A stretch of 64,000 nucleotides of DNA from an uncultured Fibrobacteria bacterium (GCA_963716395.1 OY970309.1:2496001-2560000), one strand, 5' to 3'. Counted from the first letter of the stretch, positions 52,001 to 60,489 are shown. Notes: generated from the sequence alone by a model not told the origin. A program made the numbers and translations.

Positions 52001-52276
52001 ATCAGCAGCGGCCGGCTGGTTGCGGCGTTGCCGGCGTATTCCATTCTGAACGTGACGGAGAACGTATTCGGCAACGACGAGAATGCCTTGGCCGCGGGCG
52101 TGGTGCGGCTCAGCGGCAACCACTTCGCCGGCGACAAATCCTTGCCCGGAGCCACCCTGCTCGGCAACCAGTTTCTGGCCTTGGGCAACAGCGCGGATGC
52201 CGGGGCCGCCGGGCGCTATCACGCGGCGACGGTTTCGTTCGCCGCCAACCTGATGGTCTTGAGCGTGTTGGCTTAA
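49010..52276 (+). CDS. DUF6519-like tail fibre protein with a C-terminal beta-helix region
   Basis: MKTQISR...KRYSGVYQQQGRMITDADWNE, NYLFRVEVH, KWSRDNGS, GDYW, HHY, repeated VQQALD motifs. Confidence 0.82.
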   Translation: MKTQISRNSLQPGKRYSGVYQQQGRMITDADWNELTDLDKHRLWNALRDAIGSGAPTAGGLAVNPDKTLQPGVLYAEGVPAKLEGGSPVAFTAQPDFPGAPALPANTFTLYADVWDRAVTSLEDLVLVDPGLHGADTCSRTQTMLQVKWCPNAGDPADLNKNPPKGNGRLALQLRTTFSGGDPCDPCAAQVNVDNKVGNYLFRVEVHDRYQQGGHDFLVLKWSRDNGSEQYPVASAPPDFKQGDWIYEFFNDVTEKNLGVHLAAGFTPLRGKLVDGYTVPTAPADPKTYGRQWDGCCTIDLTAKTLAATATQPAKDRGVALSTTYGLGAQGLVTLGAALQINLDLLVFNLQLDGCNFVAGDYWLATVREATQSAGDFVLGTSLTSGVPPLGIHHHYVWLADIDGSGAVIAPTDAEKRQFHFPPLTNLQAYDVGFTNNCATLFTGAQNVQQALDALCLIAADDIAYTVPGCPAPSVAALMAASVAGWPDFDGDHKVTVKDMLDALLCKLSASYLPYNGAIQGPRWTAIKSEATPSTPPGTVQQALDDLVQYLDSKDIPHYMQNCPAGSEPTVRTALGLTGAQYPVSDILTALLCQKQAGGSSCCVCIGPGGDFQTLQNALDAFAANPAPWTDLILCLKPGTHVLLGNVEVTGKRSVKITGSGTSASIIQFQGATFHIQAQEIAFEDVAVVATQAGGQLILEAPSVSAEDSLFRRAGNNPTAPALIAVNAASNGGSVFFQNNTLQSTWQRVRPGINLGSYAPVSVVGAKTAAAFQNLFADETLSDPDKFNAALIDLSNQVAALPPSTRTAWVQAAPKALAAAPAKAKTKSGAKSSQHASTAKAKKAAPAPLKSDAKSASFAINVIGNITSFPVIRNNGVNIVASTQNFYTHLTQAKLNLPSVQSDLAGLVLGLIESGFCQALTLSSIQVGGSLAYNTVNGEVVVLNNGAAGADIGKNGVLQQVGSLVVASVSPISANGAKLDLVHNSIARFSQQVPAAAISSGRLVAALPAYSILNVTENVFGNDENALAAGVVRLSGNHFAGDKSLPGATLLGNQFLALGNSADAGAAGRYHAATVSFAANLMVLSVLA

Positions 52277-52292
52277 AAAATCGGAGGGTGCA

Positions 52293-54032
52293 TTGCGGAT
52301 ATTCCGGAGCAAAACCAGAATCCGTCGCGGCGATGGCGGCGTTTCGGTCCCGGAATCCGGGCCCATCCCGGCTCCGGGTCAGCGCGAAAAGATCCGCCAG
52401 GTTTTAAACGGCGGCCGCGTGCAGGCCAAGCTTGAAGTCAGTGCGCCGGAAGACGCGAGCGAACGCGAAGCCGATCAGGTGGCCGAGCGGGTGATGCGGG
52501 CTCCGGATTCCCCGGGCGATCCGTCGGCGGCGCCGCCTCGGATCCAAAGAAAGTGCGCCGACTGCGAAGAGGAAGAGAAAAAAGATCAGGGCGTGGTACA
52601 CACCAAGGCCGGTGGTGCCGGCGCACAGGCAACCGGCGCCCCGGCCGCCGTGAACGCCGTGCGCTCCGGCGGCCATCCGCTGCCCGGCGCCGAACGCGCA
52701 TTTTTCGAGGCCCGCTTCGGCCGGAGTTTCGGCCAAGTGCAGTTGCATACCGATGCGGGCGCGGCCGACGCTTCACGCGCACTGCACGCCCAGGCCTTCA
52801 CCTATAAGAATCATATCGCCTTTGCAACGGGCCGTTATGCCCCGGGCACGGAGTCGGGACGGAAATTGCTGGCCCATGAGCTGACCCATGTCGTGCAGCA
52901 GAATTCCGGCGACGCCACGCAATTGCGGCGCTTTCCCGGTCCCCCGGCCGCTTTGCCGGCGCCGGTCCACACGCCTGCGCCCGCCTCCACGCCGAAGGCG
53001 CCTTTGCCTTTACCGCCGCACAAAAATCCCGCGACCCAGGCCAAAACCAGCGCTCCGGCTTTTTCGGTTTCCAAATCCAATTATCTCGCCCTGCTGTCGG
53101 TGGCTTTGGATCAGATGCAAGGCTCGTTGGTGGCGGCCAACACCTTGTCCGGTTTCGTGGAACCCATGCTGCGCGCCATGGCGGCCCATGCCGAGTGGAA
53201 GGATGCCGCGGGCAAGGTCGGCGGCGGGGACTTCGTGGAATACAAATTGCCTTGGGATCCCAAACGAAAATTGAAGTTGAAGCTCATTCTCGACGATCAA
53301 GACAAACCGCCATTGGCGGGGCTGTTTCATGCCACGGGCTCCGACGCGGCCACCATCACGCTGTTTATTCGCGCCAATGACGACGCCGACACCATGAGCC
53401 AAACCGCCTACCACGAATCCTTACATTTGATCACCTGGCTGCGCGGCAATTCTTCGGCGAAAAAACCGTTGGGCGATTCCATGGGGCTGAACTCTTCGCA
53501 AAAAGAGGTCTTGGACAACTTGAATATTCAGTCGCAAGCGCCCAAGTTGAAAGTCATCCGCCGCCGGGTGGAGCGCATCGCCGAAACCGTCAACGCTACG
53601 CGCGCTTCCGACAAGCAAATTCCCGCTGCCAAAATCGATTCCATGGCCGAATGGTTATTGCAGGAATACCTGGTGCGCATTGAATCGGAAGTGTATCGGC
53701 TTTTCGGGATTCAGGAACAAGTGAACAAGTTGCCTCCAGGCCAAGGCATGGTCTTCAAAGCCACCGATCCCGGTTCGTTTTTCAAGGCATCGGATGTCGA
53801 GATTTATCTCTTTGATCAAAGCGGTGTCTTCAAGCCCGAAGACAAAGCCGCCCTCACCGAACTGGATCTTCAGGACATCGCTGCCATCGCCAAAATTTTC
53901 GATGATGGCGTGGAGTGGCTGGTGAAAAGACGTTTCAGTTCCTTCGCCTTTCGCACGGAACACCGCCCCCAGGTGGAAATCTTGCAAATGCCTAAACGCA
54001 GCTTCGTGGATAAAATCCAACCCGCGGATTAA
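52293..54032 (+). CDS. DUF4157 (eCIS core) domain cargo protein with a second HExxH domain
   Basis: QAKL.VS...EREAD..A, FFEARFG..F..V.LH, AQAFT, LLAHELTHVVQQ. Later YHESLH. RBS GGAGG. Confidence 0.85.
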   Translation: MRIFRSKTRIRRGDGGVSVPESGPIPAPGQREKIRQVLNGGRVQAKLEVSAPEDASEREADQVAERVMRAPDSPGDPSAAPPRIQRKCADCEEEEKKDQGVVHTKAGGAGAQATGAPAAVNAVRSGGHPLPGAERAFFEARFGRSFGQVQLHTDAGAADASRALHAQAFTYKNHIAFATGRYAPGTESGRKLLAHELTHVVQQNSGDATQLRRFPGPPAALPAPVHTPAPASTPKAPLPLPPHKNPATQAKTSAPAFSVSKSNYLALLSVALDQMQGSLVAANTLSGFVEPMLRAMAAHAEWKDAAGKVGGGDFVEYKLPWDPKRKLKLKLILDDQDKPPLAGLFHATGSDAATITLFIRANDDADTMSQTAYHESLHLITWLRGNSSAKKPLGDSMGLNSSQKEVLDNLNIQSQAPKLKVIRRRVERIAETVNATRASDKQIPAAKIDSMAEWLLQEYLVRIESEVYRLFGIQEQVNKLPPGQGMVFKATDPGSFFKASDVEIYLFDQSGVFKPEDKAALTELDLQDIAAIAKIFDDGVEWLVKRRFSSFAFRTEHRPQVEILQMPKRSFVDKIQPAD

Positions 54033-54045
54033 GCCGGCGCGCTTT

Positions 54046-57000
54046 ATGCAAACCTTCGCTCCGGCCAAAACCAAGTCGGCCGCCGGCCCTAGGCACCGCT
54101 CCGCGCCCGCCACCGTGGGCCCGCCCGTGCATCGCGCGCCTCCGCCTTGGGCGGACGCCGCGCTGACTTCGCTGGGCGTCCTAGCCAAACTCAAGGTGAG
54201 CCAACGCGATGAACCGGCCGAACAAGAAGCCAATCAGATTGCCGACCGCATCGTGGCCATGTCCGACTCTTCGGCGGCTACCGAAGCGCCGCCCAATGCG
54301 GCGGCGCCTCCGCCTTCGAGGCCGCCGCCGCCGGGGACGCCGGACGCTTCGTCCGGATCGTCGGCTTCTTCTTCTGCTGCGACTGCTGCGGGTTCGACTC
54401 CGCCGCTGAAACCCGTGAATCGGTATTTGCTGGCGGCCGGGTTGCACCGTTCCGAATGCGAGTCTTGCGAAGAAGAATCCGAACCCATGGTGCACACCTC
54501 GCGCGACCGCGATGCGCCGGACGAAACGCTGGCACGGCTCGGCGCGCGGGTTTTCGCCTTGCGGCAACGCGGTGCGCCGCTGCCGTCGGAGGTGCGCACC
54601 TTTATGGAGCCGCGTTTCGGCCGCGATTTTTCCGGCGTGCGCATTCATCTGGGCACCGAACCCGAGGCGCTCTCGCAATCTCTCCATGCGCGCGCCTTCA
54701 CCGTGGGCGAGCATATCGCTTTCGGACCCGGGCAATACCGTCCCGACACCGAAACGGGCCGCAAGCTGATCGCGCATGAGTTGACTCACGTGGTGCAGCA
54801 ACGCGGCGGGCAGCCCGCGGCGAAACAAGTCCCGGCCGTGCGTCCGGAAAAACCCAAGGTGCAGCGCGGCGTCATTTCCTGGCTCGGCGATCGGGCCTCG
54901 GATGTCGGCGGCGCCGTCTCCGACGCGGCCCACGATGTCGGTCACGCCGTTTCCAGCGCGGCCTCGGCCGTGGGAGGCGCGCTCGCCGATTTGGCTTGGG
55001 CCGCGGTGCGTGAATTGGCGCCGAGTCTGGAACCCATTTTGCGTGAAGGGCCGTTCAACTGGTTGAAGCGCCAGGTCGGCAACGCCTTCCACTCCCTCAT
55101 CAGTGCCGTGACAAGCCTGTTACCTCCGGGCGTGGTGCAGGTGTTGAATACCGTATTCGGCGGCCTGATGACGCGCGCCTCGCAAATCGTCGGCGCTTTG
55201 GCTTCGGGCGATTGCGGCCCGTTGTTCCAGGCCCTGCGCGATTTGAAAGACTTCATCAGCCAAGTGGCGGGCGAAGTCTGGGATAAGCTGGTCGACTTTC
55301 TCCATCCCATCGGCGATTTCTTTGCGCGTTTGTGGAACGGTTATGGCGCTCCGGCCGTGCAATGGTTGCGCGAATTCGCCGGCGAGGTGTGGCAGGTCAT
55401 TTCGGATTTGGGCCATGACATCTGGGAATGGATTCAACCTCTTCGCAACGGCGTTCGGAGAATTTGGAATTGGGTGAAAGAAAAGCTTTTCGGCCCCGAT
55501 GACGATTCTTCCGGAGAGAGTTCGGGCGGTATCATCCATTGGATCACCGAAAAAGCCGGCGAGGCCTGGGATTGGGTCAAAGAGCAAACCCGGCCGGTCT
55601 GGCAGCCGATTTCGCGCGCCCTCGCCACCGTGCGTTCGTTGATTCCGCCGGCCTTCATCCGCCGCCTGGGCGAATCATTCCAGCATCTGGGCGCGCAATT
55701 GAACCAGGCCGGCTCCAATCTCGGCGACGATGGCGACGACGTAGCGCAAAACCGCGCGGCCCTGGCTTCGGTGTTGCCTTCAGTGCAGCAGGTTTTGGCG
55801 GCCGCGCGCGGGGCCATCGTGTCGGCCAAGACCTGGGTGTTGGAAACTATGGGCTCGATGGCCTCGCAATTCAGCAACTTCCTCTCCGAGCTGCGCAACT
55901 CCAGCATATTCAGCCCGGTGGCCGGGGCGCTTGCGTGGCTTGAAGGCGTGGGCAATGATCTCAACTCCTGGGCGCAAGACAAGGTGGGCGGGCTGTTCGA
56001 TTTCGTCATCCGCGCCTTCGATTATGTCTCGCCTTTCATCGAAAAGATGGTGGAACTGGTGCGCCAGGTGATTGCGGTGATGGCCGACATTCTGCGTTTG
56101 CCCACGCTGATTCTCGGCAGCATCTGGAATCTCATTCCGGCCTGCATCCGCAACCCCATCCGCGACTTTTTCATCAACCAGATTTTGCGCCGCATTCCGG
56201 TGTTCAGCTTCCTGCTCGATCTGCCGGATCTCTGGGCCCGGGTCGAGGCCGTGGCTTTGCGCATTCTGCGCCAGGTATTTGTTGACGGCAATTTGGCCGG
56301 CGCCGCCTGGACTTTTTTCCGCAACATGCTGCGCCTCATCGGCATCCCACCCGAATTGGTGGTGTCGATTCTGGCCAAGGCGGCTTCGGCGCTGGGCGAC
56401 ATCCTCACCAATCCCATTCGTTTCCTCACCACCTTGCTGTCGGGCGTGGTGCACGGCTTCGGCCAGTTCTTCGATCATATCGGCACGCATCTTTTGAACG
56501 GCATCACGGGCTGGCTGTTCGGCGCCATGCAAGGTGCGGGCATCACGCCGCCGCATGAATTCAGCCTGCGATCCATACTCGGCATCGTGCTGCAAATCCT
56601 CGACATTTCCGTGGATCGGATTTTCGCGCGCCTGGCGCGGCGCGTGAGCCCCGAAATCGTGGCGCGCCTGCGCCAGGCCGTGAATATCGCCACGGGCGTA
56701 TGGGAATGGGTGGCCGTGCTCATTAACGAAGGCCCAGGCGGCCTCTGGCGCCTGGTGCAGGATCGGCTCAGCAACCTGTGGAGCACCGTGATCAGCACGG
56801 CCATCAGTTGGATTACGCAACGGGTGATCGCCGCGGGCATCCGCTGGCTGGCGGGCTTTCTCGACATCTCGGGCATCATGCCGGTGATCAATACCTTGAT
56901 CGCCGTTTATCGCGCCATCCAAAGCGCCGTGGCCTATATCCGGCAAATCCTCGAAGTGGTGAACACGGCCCTCGACGGCATCGGTGCCATGGCGCGCGGC

Positions 57001-58401
57001 GATCCGGGGCCGGCCGCGAATTTCGTCGAGCGCGCCCTGGCGGGCATCGTGCCCGTGGCCATCGGCTTCGTGGCCAACCAGGTGGGCCTGGGCGACATCA
57101 GCGCGCGCATCCGCGAAGTGATCGAAGGCGTGCGCGCCATGGTCGATCAAGCCATCGACTGGCTCATCGACCGGGCTTTGCGGGCCGGCCGCGCCTTTCT
57201 CGACATGTTGCGGCGCGGGGTGACCGCGGTGCGCGGCGGCGTGGCGGCCCTGCGCCAGTGGTGGCGCAGCCGGCGGACGTTTCGCACCGACAGCGGGGAA
57301 GAGCACTCCCTGTATTTCACCGGGAGCGGAGGTTCGGCGCGCCTGATGATTGCCAGCGATCCGCAGCCGTATCAAACCTTCATCGCCGGAGTCGATGTCC
57401 CCGCCTCCAAACGCGCGGACAAACAAGAGGCCCTGCGCATTGCGGGAGAGTTGGATACGGCCGTTCGCGCGGCCGCGGCTCCGGCGGCGGGAAGCGGCGC
57501 GGCTGCAACCGGCGGAGGTGCCGTCGCCGTAGACCCTTCGACGCAGATCAATCAGCTGTTGGCCGATTTGGCATCGGTCACCGCGCGCTTCATACCCGCC
57601 AACCGAAACCGATCCAGCGTGCCGGTTTTCGGCCCAAGGGTCGGCGGATTCGGAAGTTCGGTGCGCGAATCCGTGTTGGGCCCCGATCGCCTGGAAACCG
57701 GAAGCACGCCTTCGGTGGAGGATAATCCGCATTGGCAGGCCTTACGGGCCAGGCGGCAGGGAGGCCGTTCCTACTTCGTGCGCGGGCATTTGCTCAACCA
57801 CCATTTGGGTGGGCCGGGTAACACCTGGGATAACTTGACGCCGATGTTCCAGGATGACAACGGGGCCTTTGAACGGGGATTCGAAGCGCCCGTCAAGGAT
57901 GCGGTGCGCGGCGGCCGGGCGGTCAATTTTATCGTCACGGCCAGTTACGGCCGTTCGCCCAATCCGAATATGGCAACGCTCCGCCGGGGAGGCGTCCGCG
58001 ATCAGGCGGTGGCGCGGATCATGGAGGCGGAACAATTCGTTCCGACCGGGGTGACGGCTTCCGCGAAGTTTACGGACCAGCCCTCGCAATCGCCGGTGAG
58101 CCCCGATCCGAAACCGTTCCCATTCACTTTTCCGACCACGCAAGACGCTTACGATCTGGAAGGTGCGCCCCGGGAAAACCGCTGGCTTTCCGATATGAAC
58201 GCCGAGCAAATCCAAAGCGACTTCGGGGTGACGGCTACGCAGGCGAGTGCGATTGCCGCGGCCCTGCATTCCAGCCCCGCGCCCCGAACCTGGGAGGCGT
58301 TGCGCGACGCCTACCACGCCGTGGACGGGCGGCTGGCGCTGGGAGCGTTGGATGGTATTCAAAACTCCGAGCGCTTCAACGTGCGGTTGTTCAGCCGATA
58401 A
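54046..58401 (+). CDS. DUF4157 domain cargo protein with a long amphipathic helical region and a C-terminal His-Me nuclease plus HhH-like domain
   Basis: MEPRFGRDFSGVRIH, LIAHELTHVVQQ. C-terminal VRGHLLNHHLGGPG...NLTPM...N..FE. Confidence 0.85.
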   Translation: MQTFAPAKTKSAAGPRHRSAPATVGPPVHRAPPPWADAALTSLGVLAKLKVSQRDEPAEQEANQIADRIVAMSDSSAATEAPPNAAAPPPSRPPPPGTPDASSGSSASSSAATAAGSTPPLKPVNRYLLAAGLHRSECESCEEESEPMVHTSRDRDAPDETLARLGARVFALRQRGAPLPSEVRTFMEPRFGRDFSGVRIHLGTEPEALSQSLHARAFTVGEHIAFGPGQYRPDTETGRKLIAHELTHVVQQRGGQPAAKQVPAVRPEKPKVQRGVISWLGDRASDVGGAVSDAAHDVGHAVSSAASAVGGALADLAWAAVRELAPSLEPILREGPFNWLKRQVGNAFHSLISAVTSLLPPGVVQVLNTVFGGLMTRASQIVGALASGDCGPLFQALRDLKDFISQVAGEVWDKLVDFLHPIGDFFARLWNGYGAPAVQWLREFAGEVWQVISDLGHDIWEWIQPLRNGVRRIWNWVKEKLFGPDDDSSGESSGGIIHWITEKAGEAWDWVKEQTRPVWQPISRALATVRSLIPPAFIRRLGESFQHLGAQLNQAGSNLGDDGDDVAQNRAALASVLPSVQQVLAAARGAIVSAKTWVLETMGSMASQFSNFLSELRNSSIFSPVAGALAWLEGVGNDLNSWAQDKVGGLFDFVIRAFDYVSPFIEKMVELVRQVIAVMADILRLPTLILGSIWNLIPACIRNPIRDFFINQILRRIPVFSFLLDLPDLWARVEAVALRILRQVFVDGNLAGAAWTFFRNMLRLIGIPPELVVSILAKAASALGDILTNPIRFLTTLLSGVVHGFGQFFDHIGTHLLNGITGWLFGAMQGAGITPPHEFSLRSILGIVLQILDISVDRIFARLARRVSPEIVARLRQAVNIATGVWEWVAVLINEGPGGLWRLVQDRLSNLWSTVISTAISWITQRVIAAGIRWLAGFLDISGIMPVINTLIAVYRAIQSAVAYIRQILEVVNTALDGIGAMARGDPGPAANFVERALAGIVPVAIGFVANQVGLGDISARIREVIEGVRAMVDQAIDWLIDRALRAGRAFLDMLRRGVTAVRGGVAALRQWWRSRRTFRTDSGEEHSLYFTGSGGSARLMIASDPQPYQTFIAGVDVPASKRADKQEALRIAGELDTAVRAAAAPAAGSGAAATGGGAVAVDPSTQINQLLADLASVTARFIPANRNRSSVPVFGPRVGGFGSSVRESVLGPDRLETGSTPSVEDNPHWQALRARRQGGRSYFVRGHLLNHHLGGPGNTWDNLTPMFQDDNGAFERGFEAPVKDAVRGGRAVNFIVTASYGRSPNPNMATLRRGGVRDQAVARIMEAEQFVPTGVTASAKFTDQPSQSPVSPDPKPFPFTFPTTQDAYDLEGAPRENRWLSDMNAEQIQSDFGVTATQASAIAAALHSSPAPRTWEALRDAYHAVDGRLALGALDGIQNSERFNVRLFSR

Positions 58402-58446
58402 GGTGGAGCATCATTTGGTAGCATTGCCGATTGCGCACGGCTCCCC

Positions 58447-58881
58447 ATGAATCCATCCGAGCATCCAAGTGAAGCAGCGACTTCGCCGGCCGGCCCGGGA
58501 GGTGGAATGCCGGGCAATGCGGAGTCGGCAAAAAAACCCACGACCCGCCACGGCTCCGATCCCCTCGTCTTTGCCGCCTTGCAATGGCCGGCTCTCGTCG
58601 GACTGCTCGCACCTGCGCATTCCCTCTGGGCCGCCGCCGCCAAAGTGCTGCTCGCCCTATGGTTGTTGGCTTTGCAAAGCGCCGCCTTTCGCGGCCGCTA
58701 TCAGCGTCTGCCGGCCTTCGGATTTTCGGTGCTGATGAACAACGCGCTCTTCGTCGGGTTCTGGCTGGCGCACCGGCCTATGGCGCGCTGGATTTGGGGA
58801 GGTCTGCTTTTCTTCTTCATGCTGAGCAGTATCGGCTTGGCGCGCAAAATTCCGTGCGCGGAAAATTCTTCGGACCTTTGA
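58447..58881 (+). CDS. Hypothetical membrane protein (about 4 TM)
   Basis: Hydrophilic N-terminus followed by hydrophobic segments. 45 nt after the last eCIS gene, same strand. Confidence 0.55.
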   Translation: MNPSEHPSEAATSPAGPGGGMPGNAESAKKPTTRHGSDPLVFAALQWPALVGLLAPAHSLWAAAAKVLLALWLLALQSAAFRGRYQRLPAFGFSVLMNNALFVGFWLAHRPMARWIWGGLLFFFMLSSIGLARKIPCAENSSDL

Positions 58882-59041
58882 GGTGGTCGTCGGCCTTCCG
58901 GGATCAACCGGGGGCGGAATGAGTCCGGTTTGTAAACCGGATGGCTTCCGGCCTCAGGCCAAAATGGCAAAAACCCCTGCGCATTTTGGCAGGAAAATTT
59001 CGCGGTAACCAATGTAATCCCGGTGGTAAATTGGCCGGCGA

Positions 59042-59734
59042 ATGGATGCCTGGCATATCCACACCATCGCGGCCCTGGGGTTTTTGGGCATCTTCGCCTT
59101 TCCCCTGGCCGTCGGCGCTTTGAGCAGCGTCACGCATTGCGCGGCCATGTGCGGTCCCATTCATTTTTTTCTGGCGCAGCGCGGCGGCCCCGGAAATTTG
59201 TGGTTCTATCACGCCGGGCGGCTGGTGACCTATACCGCGCTCGGCGCCGTAATGGCTGCGGTCGGCGTCAGCGGGCGCCATGCCATGGGAAGCTCGTTCA
59301 TGGGTTGGCTTTGGGTGGCGCTGTATGTGTTGATGGCGCTCAAACTTTTGGGAATTCCGTTGTGGCCCGCGGCTTTGAGTCTGCGCTATGGCCGTTGGGT
59401 GCAGGAACGGCTGCGGCCTTTGCAAAGGCAAAACGGCCGCGGCGCCGCGCTTTTCTTTCCCTTGGGGTTAACCGCGGGGTTTCTGCCCTGCGCCACCACG
59501 CAAACCGGGCTGGCCTGGTCGGCCGGATCGGGAAACGTGGTTTTTGGAGGCGTGGGCATGTTGCTGCTTGGCGCAGCGACCTTGCCGTTATTCGCTGCGC
59601 CGCGCCGTCTTTGGATCAGCAAGGGCGGGCATTTTCATCAGGCCCTGGCCCTTGCCTTATTGGCGTTTGCCGCCTGGAAAATTTACGGCCTGGTTTTTGC
59701 GTTGCCTCACGGCATCACGCTTTTATGCAGTTGA
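59042..59734 (+). CDS. TauE/SafE-DsbD_2 family membrane protein (cbb3 assembly associated)
   Basis: HCAAMCGP, YHAGRLVTY..LG, GFLPC. Confidence 0.85.
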   Translation: MDAWHIHTIAALGFLGIFAFPLAVGALSSVTHCAAMCGPIHFFLAQRGGPGNLWFYHAGRLVTYTALGAVMAAVGVSGRHAMGSSFMGWLWVALYVLMALKLLGIPLWPAALSLRYGRWVQERLRPLQRQNGRGAALFFPLGLTAGFLPCATTQTGLAWSAGSGNVVFGGVGMLLLGAATLPLFAAPRRLWISKGGHFHQALALALLAFAAWKIYGLVFALPHGITLLCS

Positions 59735-59749
59735 GGAGAGGGAGTCGTT

Positions 59750-60295
59750 ATGTCGCAGAGCGATGAAGGAATGGGAAACCAACGCGTCGCGGAATTCTTT
59801 TTTCTGGCGCTGATCATCGGAATCGGTACGCCGGTCGCGGTGTTGTGGGGCGCGAATGACGGCGAACGCATGGCCGCCGAAGCTTATCCGCAGCAAAAAG
59901 CCGTCGCCGCACCGGCTCCGGCCCAGTCCAAAGACATGTATTTGGCGACGCCGGCCAGCATCGCCGAAGGCAAATCGCTTTTTCAACAGAATTGCACGCC
60001 GTGCCATGGTGTCAACGCCGACGGCAAAGGTCCGGCCGCTGTGTCGCTGACGCCGCCGCCGCGCAACTTTACCGATCCCAAAGCGAAGTGGACGCGCAGC
60101 CGCGCTCCGCTCGACATCTTCAAAACCCTGGCCGAAGGCAGTCCGGGCACGGGCATGGTTTCCTTTGCCGCCGCCCTCACCGTGCCGCAACGCTGGGCCC
60201 TGGTGCATTATATCGGCACCTTGCCCGGGGTAACCGGCCAGTTTACCCCGATCGATGAAGCTACGGCCGAAAAACTCGCCGGCGGAAAGCCCTGA
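59750..60295 (+). CDS. Membrane-anchored monoheme cytochrome c
   Basis: TM anchor, CTPCHG, PPPRNFT, GSPGTGM. Confidence 0.9.
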   Translation: MSQSDEGMGNQRVAEFFFLALIIGIGTPVAVLWGANDGERMAAEAYPQQKAVAAPAPAQSKDMYLATPASIAEGKSLFQQNCTPCHGVNADGKGPAAVSLTPPPRNFTDPKAKWTRSRAPLDIFKTLAEGSPGTGMVSFAAALTVPQRWALVHYIGTLPGVTGQFTPIDEATAEKLAGGKP

Positions 60296-60489
60296 TGTCG
60301 GTCTTTTACCTGCTCATTCCCGTTTCGGTGGCCGTGGCGGCCGGTTTTGTGCTGATATGTGTCATGGCCATCCGCTCCGGCCAATTCGACGATCTCGAAA
60401 GCCCGCGCTGGCGCGTGCTGTTCGACGAGAAAAAAACGGAGGCCCCGAATCCCTCGAATCTTAACCCCGCGGAGAATAAAGCGTCATGA
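60295..60489 (+). CDS. ccoS: cbb3-type oxidase maturation protein
   Basis: MSVFYLLIPVS...AIRSGQFDDLESP..R.L.D. Confidence 0.92.
   Translation: MSVFYLLIPVSVAVAAGFVLICVMAIRSGQFDDLESPRWRVLFDEKKTEAPNPSNLNPAENKAS

Larger units (their letters stand above)
33220..58401 (+). other. Extracellular contractile injection system (eCIS; Afp/PVC/MAC-like) gene cluster
   Basis: 18 co-directional, closely spaced genes: sheath, tube, cap, AAA ATPase, hub, spike, gp25, two baseplate J, tail I, fibre and two DUF4157 proteins. No capsid, terminase, integrase or TssJLM. Confidence 0.93.

Noticed and set aside
55780-57732. 650-aa minus-strand ORF, and similar long antisense ORFs such as 1691-3229 and 590-1621
   Set aside because: Expected shadow frames opposite high-GC genes, with no domain signatures.
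33220-58401. Prophage or canonical T6SS
   Set aside because: No capsid, portal, terminase, integrase or replication genes, and no TssJLM or ClpV. The Pvc16-like cap, Afp15-like ATPase and DUF4157 cargo fit an eCIS.
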